64,000 bases of DNA from Candidatus Woesearchaeota archaeon (GTDB taxonomy: Archaea; Nanobdellota; Nanobdellia; Woesearchaeales; WAPJ01). Positions 19,941 through 29,184 of the stretch are shown one piece after another. How positions within the stretch are numbered: position 1 is the stretch's first letter; each line of letters starts with the position of its first letter. The notes below the pieces were generated by a model. That model did not search any database. It was not told the DNA's origin and saw only the letters and a list, made by a program, of their open reading frames with translations. Location of the stretch: contig JBLKOQ010000001.1 in the NCBI GenBank assembly GCA_047602885.1, positions 10,016 through 74,015 on the forward strand, in the 5' to 3' direction. Made by a program: the position numbers and the translations under genes.

Positions 19941-22277
19941 ATGCAGAAAAGGTTTATATACCCTAATAATGTTGATTCTGATATGCCTTCAAAAAAGACT
20001 GTACAGGAACAACTAGATTTTCTAAGGCGGGAGGCAGGTAAGAACAACAGATTATTGGAAAAGGTGCTGTCTCAACAAAAAGAGCAGCATAAGAGAATAG
20101 CTGTATTGGAGAAGAAGGTTGGGAGTCCTAATAAGGATACTGTAATAGATGATTCGCCTACAACATTGAATCAGTATGACAATCAGGAAATACCACAATC
20201 AAGCTCTAGCAGCGTTCCTGTCAGCGCAATACTCCTAATAATATTCGGAGCACTATTGACATTAACAGGAATAGGAGCCCTTATAGGAATACCATTAGTA
20301 GTATGGGGCATTATAATAGTATCCAGAAACCAGGAGCAGGAAGGAAGAGCAGAATCTGTTGAAGAAAAGCCAATAAAAGATGATAATCTTAAGATAACTC
20401 CCAAGCCAGTAGAAGAAAAGCCCAAGACTTCATTAGAAGAAGATGTAGGGATAAAATGGTTTGCCAGAATAGGAATAATAGCATTAGTTATAGGAATAGG
20501 ATTCTTCATAAAATATGCTATAGACATGGAATGGATAGGACACTTGACAAGGATACTGCTAGGAGCATTACTGGGCATAGGAATGATTATGGTAGGAAAG
20601 ATATCAAGCATGAAAGAAAGGTATGAGTTATGGGGCAAGACACTCATGGGAGGAGGCATAGCAGTATTATACTTTGCAGTATACGCATCATACCATTTTG
20701 AGGAGTACAGACAAGCGATAGGAATAGGACAATACACCAACATAGTATTGTTAAGCATCATAGTATTAGTGGCAATATGGCTTTCCATAAGAGACAACAG
20801 CCAGATAATAGCGTCAGAATCATTCTTCTTGGGGTTCCTCACAGCACTACTAAGCACAGAATACACTATAATGACTATGATGTATTGCATACTGCTTGCA
20901 TTAGGAATAGTAATAGTTACAGCATACAAGGGATGGATAGGCATAGGAATAGGAGGAGCGATAGCATCATACATATCATATATTGTATGGGCGTATCCAA
21001 GACAAGAATTCATACTCGGAATAATATTCCTGTCAATACTTTACACTGCATTTACGATACAATCAATAATACTGTCCAAGAAAAAAGAGCTGTCCACTTA
21101 TGGGATGATAATATACATTGCAAACAGCATCACCTTCTTCTTCCTGGGGTATTTGAGGGTAGAAGGGTCGTATCCTGAGCATACAGCATTATTACCATTA
21201 GCACTATTCATAATACACTGGATAATAGCATTATACTACAAGATAAAAGACAATAGGCTGATGAGAGATGCCAGCCTATACTTATCAGTATCATACATTG
21301 TAATGACAGTGTTATTGCACTTCAACAATGATTATATTACATTATTATGGGCTATGATAGCAGTAATAACAGCATATGCGTACAAGAGTTCTAAGATACA
21401 TAGTTTAAGATATTCTGCTTACGCATTATCATTATTAGTATTATTAAAGATACTATTATATGACATAATAAACCTGCAGGCCTATACTCCTACAGATATT
21501 ATTGGCAGCATGAGACTGTGGTCTATGCTAGGAGGAATAGGGGCATTATACATTATTAGGAGTATACTGGCGAGCGATAAAAGCATTAGGGAAGGAAAAG
21601 AAAAAAGTATTATAGAAGTGTATTCGTGGACTGCATTATCATTACTTGTAATAATGATACTGCTAGAGTTTTCAAGCCAATACACATTATTCGTTACAAT
21701 AGCGCTAGGAGCACTGTCATTAGCATTGTTGTTCAACAGCAGAGCCAATAATATGATGCTATACCAGGCTACAGCAGTATCAAGTGTTATGATACTAAAA
21801 ATATTATCATACGATACTCTAACGCTAAAAACATATTCTGAACATGTTCTGCTTGCTGAAACTACGCTGTTGGCATATCTTACAGGAATAACAGTATTAT
21901 ACATTCAGAGCAGAATGCTATTAGGCAAGGAGGGCGATGATGCCATAAGGAAATCATTAGGAATAGGATATTCTTACGCTGCAACACTTCTTGGAGTAGT
22001 AATGATAATGATAGAAATGCAGGGTTACTGGATATCTATAGGATGGAGCATATACGCGCTAATACTAATGGCTGTAGGAATAAGCACTGGCGACAAACAA
22101 TTAAGATTCCAAGGAATAATAGTATTTGGCCTTACAATAATCAAAGTGTTCCTATTCGATACGAGGAACTTAGAGACAATATACAGGACCATAAGCTATA
22201 CCGTGCTAGGCGCACTGCTCCTTGCAGTATCATTCCTCTATGCAAGATACAAGGAGAAGCTAAAAGAAATATTGTAG
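19941..22277 (+). CDS. large polytopic membrane protein with N-terminal cytoplasmic coiled-coil (DUF2339-like architecture); start may be 19983
   Basis: About 20 predicted TM helices after a charged N-terminal segment; 778 aa. Confidence 0.5.
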   Translation: MQKRFIYPNNVDSDMPSKKTVQEQLDFLRREAGKNNRLLEKVLSQQKEQHKRIAVLEKKVGSPNKDTVIDDSPTTLNQYDNQEIPQSSSSSVPVSAILLIIFGALLTLTGIGALIGIPLVVWGIIIVSRNQEQEGRAESVEEKPIKDDNLKITPKPVEEKPKTSLEEDVGIKWFARIGIIALVIGIGFFIKYAIDMEWIGHLTRILLGALLGIGMIMVGKISSMKERYELWGKTLMGGGIAVLYFAVYASYHFEEYRQAIGIGQYTNIVLLSIIVLVAIWLSIRDNSQIIASESFFLGFLTALLSTEYTIMTMMYCILLALGIVIVTAYKGWIGIGIGGAIASYISYIVWAYPRQEFILGIIFLSILYTAFTIQSIILSKKKELSTYGMIIYIANSITFFFLGYLRVEGSYPEHTALLPLALFIIHWIIALYYKIKDNRLMRDASLYLSVSYIVMTVLLHFNNDYITLLWAMIAVITAYAYKSSKIHSLRYSAYALSLLVLLKILLYDIINLQAYTPTDIIGSMRLWSMLGGIGALYIIRSILASDKSIREGKEKSIIEVYSWTALSLLVIMILLEFSSQYTLFVTIALGALSLALLFNSRANNMMLYQATAVSSVMILKILSYDTLTLKTYSEHVLLAETTLLAYLTGITVLYIQSRMLLGKEGDDAIRKSLGIGYSYAATLLGVVMIMIEMQGYWISIGWSIYALILMAVGISTGDKQLRFQGIIVFGLTIIKVFLFDTRNLETIYRTISYTVLGALLLAVSFLYARYKEKLKEIL
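19953..19960 (+). promoter_or_regulatory. TATA box (TTTATATA), suggesting the downstream membrane protein gene starts at the Met at 19983
   Basis: Canonical A/T box 23-30 nt upstream of the ATG at 19983. Confidence 0.3.
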
Positions 22278-22363
22278 TAATAATAGCAATATCATCATTT
22301 GTTCTTATAACCGAACTTATTGTTGTAATTTTTGTGGTTGAGTATGTCTAGTATTATTGTTAT

Positions 22364-22654
22364 TTATACTTCCATTCCTTTAGAGATGGCTATTGCAAGC
22401 TTATCGCTGGGATTGTGTATCCATAATATCCCCTTTCTCCCGTCAATAATCTTGCCGCTACTCTCAAGGTATTCGAGTATTAGGTTAAGTGTCTGATGCA
22501 TTATTTTCCGTGGAATCTTCGATTTTAGCTGTTCCCTGGATAAAGGCTTGATAGATTTTTTTAGAACATCTTCTACCATTAATATAGTCTTAAGATTTGG
22601 ATAGTGTATTATATTCTTGTGCTCCATAACAATCAATATTCTATATGTATTCAT
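22364..22654 (-). CDS. small hypothetical protein (possible DNA-binding)
   Basis: 96-aa ORF with basic helix-rich sequence; no overlap conflicts. Confidence 0.3.
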   Translation of the reverse strand: MNTYRILIVMEHKNIIHYPNLKTILMVEDVLKKSIKPLSREQLKSKIPRKIMHQTLNLILEYLESSGKIIDGRKGILWIHNPSDKLAIAISKGMEV

Positions 22655-22743
22655 ATAAGTAATAATATGGATATATATAAATCTTTCTGGGCATTATTGA
22701 TAGGTATTAAAAAATGACTGAGAAAAGCATCTATTATAATAGT

Positions 22744-23562
22744 TCATGGAAATACATATTTCCATGTTAGGCAGTCAAAGAATGGGAGTATCGTCAGCAA
22801 TAGTCCAATAATAAAAAGAGCTATGATCAGATTAATAACTAATGTTCTTTCACTATACTTCTTTTTGCTATGATTGCTTGGCTTAAATTTATCAATGCGA
22901 TTCATAAGCAATGGAACAAAAAACACTTGGATAGCATAGAAAGTACACCATATTGAAGGCGCATCAGTACAGACATTAACACCAAAATAGAAATGACCTA
23001 ATACAACATATATCGTACTTAATATAAAAGAAATGTCAGCGAGCACCAAGAGATATACAAGAATGGTTCTTTTGGAATAATCTTTCAACTCTAAATATAT
23101 CCTGAAGCTCCAAACATGCCAATACACGAATAGGAACATCCATGAAAGAGCCCAAAAGAAAGCTGATTCATGCGACAAGTAGAATGGGCCTTCAGAAAAA
23201 ACCATATTAGAAAACAGTATATGCGCTGATACAATAACTATAATAATTAATGCAATCCAACTATAGACATTCTTTTTAGACAATGATTCTAAAGACCTCA
23301 AAAGAAAATATACAGAGCATATCGATATTATGAGTCCGGTCTTGTAAACCCACTGATTATAAGTTAGCAGTGAGAGGAATTCAAAGAACTGGTGCAGTCC
23401 AATAAAAAAGAATACCATCATACAATAAGCCAAGAACTGGCTCTTCCAAACCTCTTTATCCCTAAACTTATTCTTATAATAGTAGTAGTATGATACTGCA
23501 GAAGCTATAATAATCAGAGAGGTTAGTAACTGGACTTCCAGGCTATAGCACATAAGAGTCAA
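22744..23562 (-). CDS. hypothetical integral membrane protein (7-8 TM)
   Basis: 272-aa ORF rich in aromatic TM segments. Confidence 0.4.
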   Translation of the reverse strand: MTLMCYSLEVQLLTSLIIIASAVSYYYYYKNKFRDKEVWKSQFLAYCMMVFFFIGLHQFFEFLSLLTYNQWVYKTGLIISICSVYFLLRSLESLSKKNVYSWIALIIIVIVSAHILFSNMVFSEGPFYLSHESAFFWALSWMFLFVYWHVWSFRIYLELKDYSKRTILVYLLVLADISFILSTIYVVLGHFYFGVNVCTDAPSIWCTFYAIQVFFVPLLMNRIDKFKPSNHSKKKYSERTLVINLIIALFIIGLLLTILPFFDCLTWKYVFP

Positions 23563-23598
23563 ATGGATGCGCCAATCATAAATCTTTTTCTTTTATAG

Positions 23599-23940
23599 TT
23601 GTTATTCGAAAGGATGTTTAATATGCATGGTCTCAGATGCATTTACCAAAAAATTAATATAGTAGTAAGATTATCTTACTTTATGAATATAACTAAACTT
23701 AGTACCAAAGGACAGGTTGTTATACCTGAAAAGCTGAGAAAAGACTATAATGTCGGAGAATCATTTACAGTATACAAAGTAAAAGAGATGATTGTATTAA
23801 AACCAATAAAAGACCTTACTAAAGAGGAAGAGAAAGAATTGAAAGAGTTAGAGAAGATATGGGCAGAGATAGATCAGGGAAAGGCAAAAAAGTACTCTGA
23901 AAAAGAATTCTTTAAAGCGATGAGCAAATGGCACAAATAA
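23599..23940 (+). CDS. AbrB/SpoVT/MazE-type swapped-hairpin antitoxin
   Basis: LSTKGQVVIPEKLRKDYNVGESF swapped-hairpin motif; overlaps the start of a RelE-like reading frame. Confidence 0.55.
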   Translation: MLFERMFNMHGLRCIYQKINIVVRLSYFMNITKLSTKGQVVIPEKLRKDYNVGESFTVYKVKEMIVLKPIKDLTKEEEKELKELEKIWAEIDQGKAKKYSEKEFFKAMSKWHK

Positions 23941-24175
23941 TTGCTTCAAACTCTTTTATTAAATCCACAAAACGACTAACTAAATCAGAAAATGAGAGGA
24001 TGCAGGCTATATAAAGAGAATAATAGATGACCCTGAATTAGGAAAGCCTCTAAAATACCTGATGGGTGAAAGGGTTGTTAGGATTAAACCGTATAGACTA
24101 GTATACTATTATTCCAAAGATAAAGATATCCTGTACCTTCTCAGATTTGAACACAGAAAAAAAGTTTATGACTAA
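23928..24175 (+). pseudogene. RelE/ParE-family toxin gene interrupted by a frameshift near 24010-24016
   Basis: Frame 1 gives MAQIIASNSFIKSTKRLTKSENERMQAI*. The +2 frame continues KRIIDDPELGKPLKYLMGERVVRIKPYRLVYYYSKDKDILYLLRFEHRKKVYD*, the classic RelE C-terminus. Confidence 0.6.
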
Positions 24176-25078
24176 CTAAATATTTCTTAATCTTCTAATC
24201 CTCTCTTCTATAGGAGGATGGGTTGAGAAAAGGCTGTGGAAGAAGTTCTTTTTTACAGGGTCTTTTATGAACATCTCGCTATTCATGCTCGAAGCGCCTC
24301 TAAGATCAGTCTTGTCATTAGCAATCTTTTCCAGAGCGCTAGCCAATCCTTCAGGATACCTTGTAAGCTGCACCGCAGTGGTGTCAGCCAGATATTCTCT
24401 TTGCCTTGATAATGCGAAACGTGCTATCTGAGCGAATACAGGGGCGAGTATCGCAAATATTATTCCTATGCCAAGCATAGCTAATTTGGCCTGACCACTC
24501 CCACGGCCTCCGCCACCACCAAATATTGCTCCCCTGATTAGAATCTCGGCAAGCATAATAATAACGCCTATCAGTATGGCGGTAATAAGCAATAGCCTAA
24601 TATCATAATTTTTTATATGGGCTACCTCATGAGCCACTACTGCTTTGGTTTCTTCCCTGTTAAGCTTGTCCAAGAGTCCTTGAGTCATGGCTACATGGCC
24701 GTTCTTAGGGTCACGACCAGTAGCAAAAGCATTCATAGCCTGGCTTGGAATAATCCATACTTTAGGCATTGGAATGCCTGCAGATATAACAACTTCTTCT
24801 ACAGTATTATAATATTGTTTTAGCTTTAAGTCCTGAGTATTGGCAGTAACTTCTTTAGCACCTACAGAGCCTAATACCATGCTATGCCCGGCATAATATC
24901 CTATAAAAAAATAGATTATGGATATGAATACAGCGAGGAATATTCCGAAAGAAGGACTGCCAAAAAAGAATCCCAGGACATAACCCATAACAGCTATTAG
25001 CACTACAAAGAAGAACACTATTAAGCCTGAATTCCTCTTGTTCTTCCCTATCTCCGAATGGATATTAAGCCTTGCCAT
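24176..25078 (-). CDS. htpX: HtpX-like M48 zinc metalloprotease
   Basis: HEVAHIKNYD HExxH motif plus downstream EYLADT glutamate; 4 TM helices. Confidence 0.85.
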   Translation of the reverse strand: MARLNIHSEIGKNKRNSGLIVFFFVVLIAVMGYVLGFFFGSPSFGIFLAVFISIIYFFIGYYAGHSMVLGSVGAKEVTANTQDLKLKQYYNTVEEVVISAGIPMPKVWIIPSQAMNAFATGRDPKNGHVAMTQGLLDKLNREETKAVVAHEVAHIKNYDIRLLLITAILIGVIIMLAEILIRGAIFGGGGGRGSGQAKLAMLGIGIIFAILAPVFAQIARFALSRQREYLADTTAVQLTRYPEGLASALEKIANDKTDLRGASSMNSEMFIKDPVKKNFFHSLFSTHPPIEERIRRLRNI

Positions 25079-25101
25079 ACTCTAAACACCTAAAAATGGT
25101 T

Positions 25102-25665
25102 TTAGAATTTTACCTTGACATTCTTCCTCTCTTCAGCAGGGGTCTCTAAAGGCTCCATCCTCCTGGCATTAAACATGCCTGCAAAGACATTATTAGGGAA
25201 TACCTGTATTAGAGTATTGAATTCCATTACCCTATCGTTATAATACTGCCTGGAATGGGCAATCTTATTCTCAGTAGTAGAGAGCTCTTCTTGCAATGAC
25301 AGGAAATTCTGGTTTGCCTTAAGGTCAGGATAATTCTCTGCTACAGCAAAAAGACTCTTTAAGGTTTCCTGCAGTTGATTCCCCGCTCTAGTCTTCTCCT
25401 CTACAGTCTTAGCCGACAAGAACTGCGTCCTAGCCTTAGTCACACTCTCAAGAGTTTCTCTTTCATGCTTAACATATCCTTTGACAGTCTCTATAAGGTT
25501 AGGGATAAGGTCAGCCCTCCTCTTAAGCTGGACATCAATTTGTGCAAAACTATTCTCAACCTGATTCCTAAGTCCTACTATGCGATTGAATATTACTATA
25601 ATCCACAATACCAATACTACAGCAATACCAATACCAATCCACATCCATACCATGATAATCACCAA
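25102..25665 (-). CDS. lemA: LemA family protein
   Basis: N-terminal TM plus conserved LemA helix (NRIVGLRNQVENSFAQIDVQLKRR); commonly paired with HtpX. Confidence 0.8.
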   Translation of the reverse strand: MVIIMVWMWIGIGIAVVLVLWIIVIFNRIVGLRNQVENSFAQIDVQLKRRADLIPNLIETVKGYVKHERETLESVTKARTQFLSAKTVEEKTRAGNQLQETLKSLFAVAENYPDLKANQNFLSLQEELSTTENKIAHSRQYYNDRVMEFNTLIQVFPNNVFAGMFNARRMEPLETPAEERKNVKVKF

Positions 25666-25877
25666 TACAAACGGAGAATAAACCTGTTTTTAAGCCTTTT
25701 GGAAGATAATTATATTTCATATACTGGCCGTAATCCTCTGCATAATAGTCATCCTGCAACAGGATATGATGGAAACTGGGCATATAGTATTTTTCAGTAC
25801 TGATTAGTCAGTAATAATCATTGTAAGCATATCATATTCTAGGAAAACAATATAATACTATCATTAGTCCTAATGCC

Positions 25878-26141
25878 ATGATCAAACTATTAGGGATAAT
25901 GGACTTGTTCGTAGCAGGAGTAATCATAGGAGAGCTGTTCTTGGATATTCCTTGGAGAATAGCATTTGCTGCTGCGATATACTTGTTGATAAAGACATGG
26001 CTGTTCTGGCCTGACATTGCAAGCATACTAGACGGAATAGTAGCAGTAATAATAATCATAGGAATATTCTATACGTGGGATGCCATATCATGGGGAAGCG
26101 CATTCTATATAGGACAAAAAGCTATAGCAGCATTCCTATAA
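25878..26141 (+). CDS. small hypothetical membrane protein (3 TM)
   Basis: 87-aa hydrophobic ORF; weak. Confidence 0.3.
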   Translation: MIKLLGIMDLFVAGVIIGELFLDIPWRIAFAAAIYLLIKTWLFWPDIASILDGIVAVIIIIGIFYTWDAISWGSAFYIGQKAIAAFL

Positions 26142-26164
26142 GAAAAAAATGTTTTTTTTATGAA

Positions 26165-26932
26165 TTATTGCATCTGATACTGCTTTATCAGGTCTTCATA
26201 ATCCATATCCTCATAAGCAGTAGGACTGCTCGGAAGGTCAAAGACTCCTGAAGGAATACTCCTGGAGATGCTTGTAGCTATCATCTCAGACTCTGTAGTC
26301 ATCCCCTCAAACTCCTGCATACTCTTAACATATACGGGAATGCCTTCAGGAGTATAACAATAATCCATAGTACCCATGCCAATAACAGCCCTATAACAAT
26401 TGCTAGTAACCCCTGCTACTGTCTTTGGAGGAAGCCTTGATACTACTCCTTGTTCTATTATGGCTATGCTCTCTTCGTCTACCTGCTCAACACTATCCCC
26501 TACAGGAATACTAGAGTAGTCCATGCAATTCCAAGCGCCCATAATAAGAGTACAAGTATAATAATTATCTCCTAATACGTAAGACCTGGATTCTATGCCC
26601 TGCATAAGAGTATCCACTCTTATCCTGCCATCACTGCTCACATAATAAGTTGCTTTCATATCCTGCTGCACAGGACCAGAGGATATTTTCATATCATATT
26701 CTATATGATAGTTCATAGTCATCTGCCTCCTCATAAGTCCTGCAAGCTCTTGGTTAAGAGCATTGTCTCCACTACTCTCTACCACATTTTGTTCTGGAGT
26801 TTTAGGAACACTATCGTCAATTACTAATTCATTGTCGTCTATAACAATAGGTGCAGGCTGAGTATCATCGTTGCAACCGGCAATAGCCAGTGCAATAACA
26901 GCTAACAATATTATAGCTTTCATAAGATCCAC
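26165..26932 (-). CDS. secreted lipoprotein-like hypothetical protein
   Basis: Signal peptide with IAGC|NDD lipobox-like cysteine; 255 aa. Confidence 0.45.
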   Translation of the reverse strand: MDLMKAIILLAVIALAIAGCNDDTQPAPIVIDDNELVIDDSVPKTPEQNVVESSGDNALNQELAGLMRRQMTMNYHIEYDMKISSGPVQQDMKATYYVSSDGRIRVDTLMQGIESRSYVLGDNYYTCTLIMGAWNCMDYSSIPVGDSVEQVDEESIAIIEQGVVSRLPPKTVAGVTSNCYRAVIGMGTMDYCYTPEGIPVYVKSMQEFEGMTTESEMIATSISRSIPSGVFDLPSSPTAYEDMDYEDLIKQYQMQ

Positions 26933-26980
26933 CCTATACTACAGGCAATAACCATGTTATATATAACTTGTGAATTAAAT

Positions 26981-27115
26981 GGCTCTGTAGAAAATGTCCG
27001 AAAAAATGTGCTATGCGCCACCCCGAAGGGGTCATCCCCCAGCGCATCAGCGTCAAGCAAGAACATATGTTCTTGCTCCAGCTGACGGCTGCCGCACACT
27101 TTTTACTGCAGAATC
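26981..27115. mobile_element. MITE-like element copy 2 (same GC-rich core; TSD GAATTAAAT / GAATCAAAT)
   Basis: GGCTCTGTAGAAAAT ... TTTTACTGCAGAATC inverted termini; imperfect 9-bp direct repeats at 26972-26980 and 27116-27124; core about 85% identical to copies 1 and 3. Confidence 0.55.
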
Positions 27116-27118
27116 GAA

Positions 27119-27871
27119 TCAAATATCTATAATCTTCTCTACTTGGGTAGCAAACACTATCCACAATAACAATCCAGCACTAATCATCAGTCCAATAGCA
27201 TATCCTATAGGAGCATACAGCATGAATATTCCAAACAATCCTACAGCAGCCAGTAATGCCCAGTACATAGGATTATGGTATATAGTATAGAATCCTCCCC
27301 CATTAGGGATTGGAATAACATTAGCAAGACTGGTCCATACCATAGCTACTATAATGGCATTGGTTACAGGATTGCTAAAACCGAATATTATTATGAACAG
27401 CATGGCGATAAAGAGGTTAGAGAGCATACCTGCAAAACCCATCTTGGCATAGTCTGAAAGATTAATGCCGTGCCTGAACTTTCCTGTCCTCTGATACCTC
27501 AATATCTTAGCTTCCATGTCAGGAACGAATATTAACGGTGCAAGGCCTGCAGAGAATATGCCCACAAACAGTCCTGCGGCTATCTTCCAAGGAGAATACA
27601 ATACTTTTACATCAAAACCCTTATGCAAAGCCCAAGCCTTCTGTACCAATACATTAAGATATATTGCTATTCCGGCAGCGATAATTGCAAGCAGCATTGC
27701 CATGGACTGCCTTGCAGGATCAACAGGAAGGAATTCCCTAAAAATATTATAGTCCTCAAAGCCCAATACGAAGCCGCCTACAGCAATAAAAGCTATAATA
27801 ATCTTATTCTCATCCCATCGTGGAATGCAATACTTCTGGTAGTCGTGCCACCATCCTGAAAGGCTGAACAT
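27119..27871 (-). CDS. hypothetical integral membrane protein (6 TM)
   Basis: 250-aa ORF; MITE copy 2 abuts its stop codon. Confidence 0.4.
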   Translation of the reverse strand: MFSLSGWWHDYQKYCIPRWDENKIIIAFIAVGGFVLGFEDYNIFREFLPVDPARQSMAMLLAIIAAGIAIYLNVLVQKAWALHKGFDVKVLYSPWKIAAGLFVGIFSAGLAPLIFVPDMEAKILRYQRTGKFRHGINLSDYAKMGFAGMLSNLFIAMLFIIIFGFSNPVTNAIIVAMVWTSLANVIPIPNGGGFYTIYHNPMYWALLAAVGLFGIFMLYAPIGYAIGLMISAGLLLWIVFATQVEKIIDI

Positions 27872-27954
27872 GAAGATATTATGGTGGTATTGGTTTATAT
27901 GCGTTTTTGTTAATAGCTTAATAATGAATGATTGCTAATGGATAATAAATACAT

Positions 27955-28020
27955 CTGTCTACAGACTGAGAGCAGTTTCGACCATTAACTCCAATAACAC
28001 GTCCTTTAATGCGGTGTTGT
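27955..28020. repeat. short (about 60 bp) repeat, family 2, copy A (AGCAGTTTCGACCATTAACTCCAATAACACGTCCTTTAATGCGGTGTTG)
   Basis: About 80% identical to 53166-53225; preceded by CTACAGAC, which resembles the MITE terminus. Confidence 0.3.
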
Positions 28021-28024
28021 GAAT

Positions 28025-28525
28025 TTACAATAATAATATCTCTTGGGTTTTGTTCATAAATCCTATGACTTTGCTCTCATATTCTAATATCTTATCATTC
28101 CTAAAACCTATATTAGTGTTATAACTCGCTTTATGCCTGTCATATTTTAAGTCATAATACAATTGTGCGTCCTCCCTATTGATAGACAATTCGTATAATA
28201 AGTCCGCTTCATCTCTTGTCACAAGATACTCTTTTATGAGTATGAGCATAGTCGCATAGTGGTTTTTGGAATAATATCTTCTGTTGGTAATTAAGCTCAG
28301 TGCGCAATGGTAGAATGCATAATACAATATTACTATGAGCCAGTCTGCAAAATTGGTATGGATTTTGTTTATACTATAAAACCTCATATTGTGCTTGGCC
28401 TTATTAGCATGCGAAAAAGCAAGTTCCTTATTCTCCTTAATAATCCTAATCTGTTTTTGCGATTGCAGTATGCTTATCTCGGTCTCCAGATAATGTTTGT
28501 CTGCAAATAGTCGTTCGATATTCAT
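28025..28525 (-). CDS. HEPN-like helical protein, putative toxin partner of the upstream MNT gene
   Basis: 166 aa, 4-nt overlap with the NTase gene; Rx4-6H-like RRYYSKNH; homologous to 61571..62074 (YYAxY...S.NH..T.L). Confidence 0.4.
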   Translation of the reverse strand: MNIERLFADKHYLETEISILQSQKQIRIIKENKELAFSHANKAKHNMRFYSINKIHTNFADWLIVILYYAFYHCALSLITNRRYYSKNHYATMLILIKEYLVTRDEADLLYELSINREDAQLYYDLKYDRHKASYNTNIGFRNDKILEYESKVIGFMNKTQEILLL

Positions 28526-29088
28526 TCTATAATCGCCTCATAAAAATTCTGTTCCTTGTGTATTGGAAAACCTGTCTTTTTTGCCTGTATTATTATATCG
28601 TCATTACTTCGAATAAACTGCTCTGCAGAACAATAGAAGAGCGAGAGAGGATATTTTGAGGTTATCTCAGCCTCTTTCCTGCGCTTATCAAGGTCAGTTT
28701 TTTTATAGTACACTATGAGGAGGTCTATATCGCTGTTTTGATTCTGATCTCCGGTCGATGCAGAACCGAACAGAACTATAGTGTATATGCTTATGGGCAA
28801 GTCTTTGAGGAATGTCCTGAGAGGGCTCTTAACACCAATATTTAATGAATTGAATTTGCGTATTGCTATCTCTGAGAACTTGATTGCAATAATCTTTTTA
28901 TCACTAATAGAATAGTATACGTTTTGCCTGGTCTTTTCAGTTTTTAGTATGCCTTGCCTACTCATTCTGGCAAGAGTGTTCTGCAAAGAACTATGTGATA
29001 GCATAGTAGTTTCCTTAATCTGGTTATAGTACATCTTTTCTCCCTTCTGCACAAAGTATGCGTTGTATATTCTGTCTTCCGGTTTCAT
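28522..29088 (-). CDS. winged-HTH + minimal nucleotidyltransferase (MNT) protein, paralog 2
   Basis: LFGSASTGDQNQNSDIDLLIVY NTase motif, N-terminal wHTH. Confidence 0.65.
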   Translation of the reverse strand: MKPEDRIYNAYFVQKGEKMYYNQIKETTMLSHSSLQNTLARMSRQGILKTEKTRQNVYYSISDKKIIAIKFSEIAIRKFNSLNIGVKSPLRTFLKDLPISIYTIVLFGSASTGDQNQNSDIDLLIVYYKKTDLDKRRKEAEITSKYPLSLFYCSAEQFIRSNDDIIIQAKKTGFPIHKEQNFYEAIIE

Positions 29089-29184
29089 GAAAACGGTGTT
29101 GTTATATTGCCTTAAATAGTTTACCTTTTTTTGGTAATATTTTACCTATTTTTGGTATATTGTGATTGTTTTGTTAATAATCTT

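Noticed and set aside
20183-21013. 276-aa minus-strand ORF inside the 778-aa membrane protein gene
   Set aside because: It is the antisense shadow of a hydrophobic-protein gene (complements of TM codons also read as hydrophobic). The plus-strand frame has the better start and TATA context.
26934-27290. ORFs 26934..27164 (minus) and 26994..27290 (plus)
   Set aside because: Both span MITE-like element copy 2. The GC-rich element lacks stop codons, so this is a compositional artefact.
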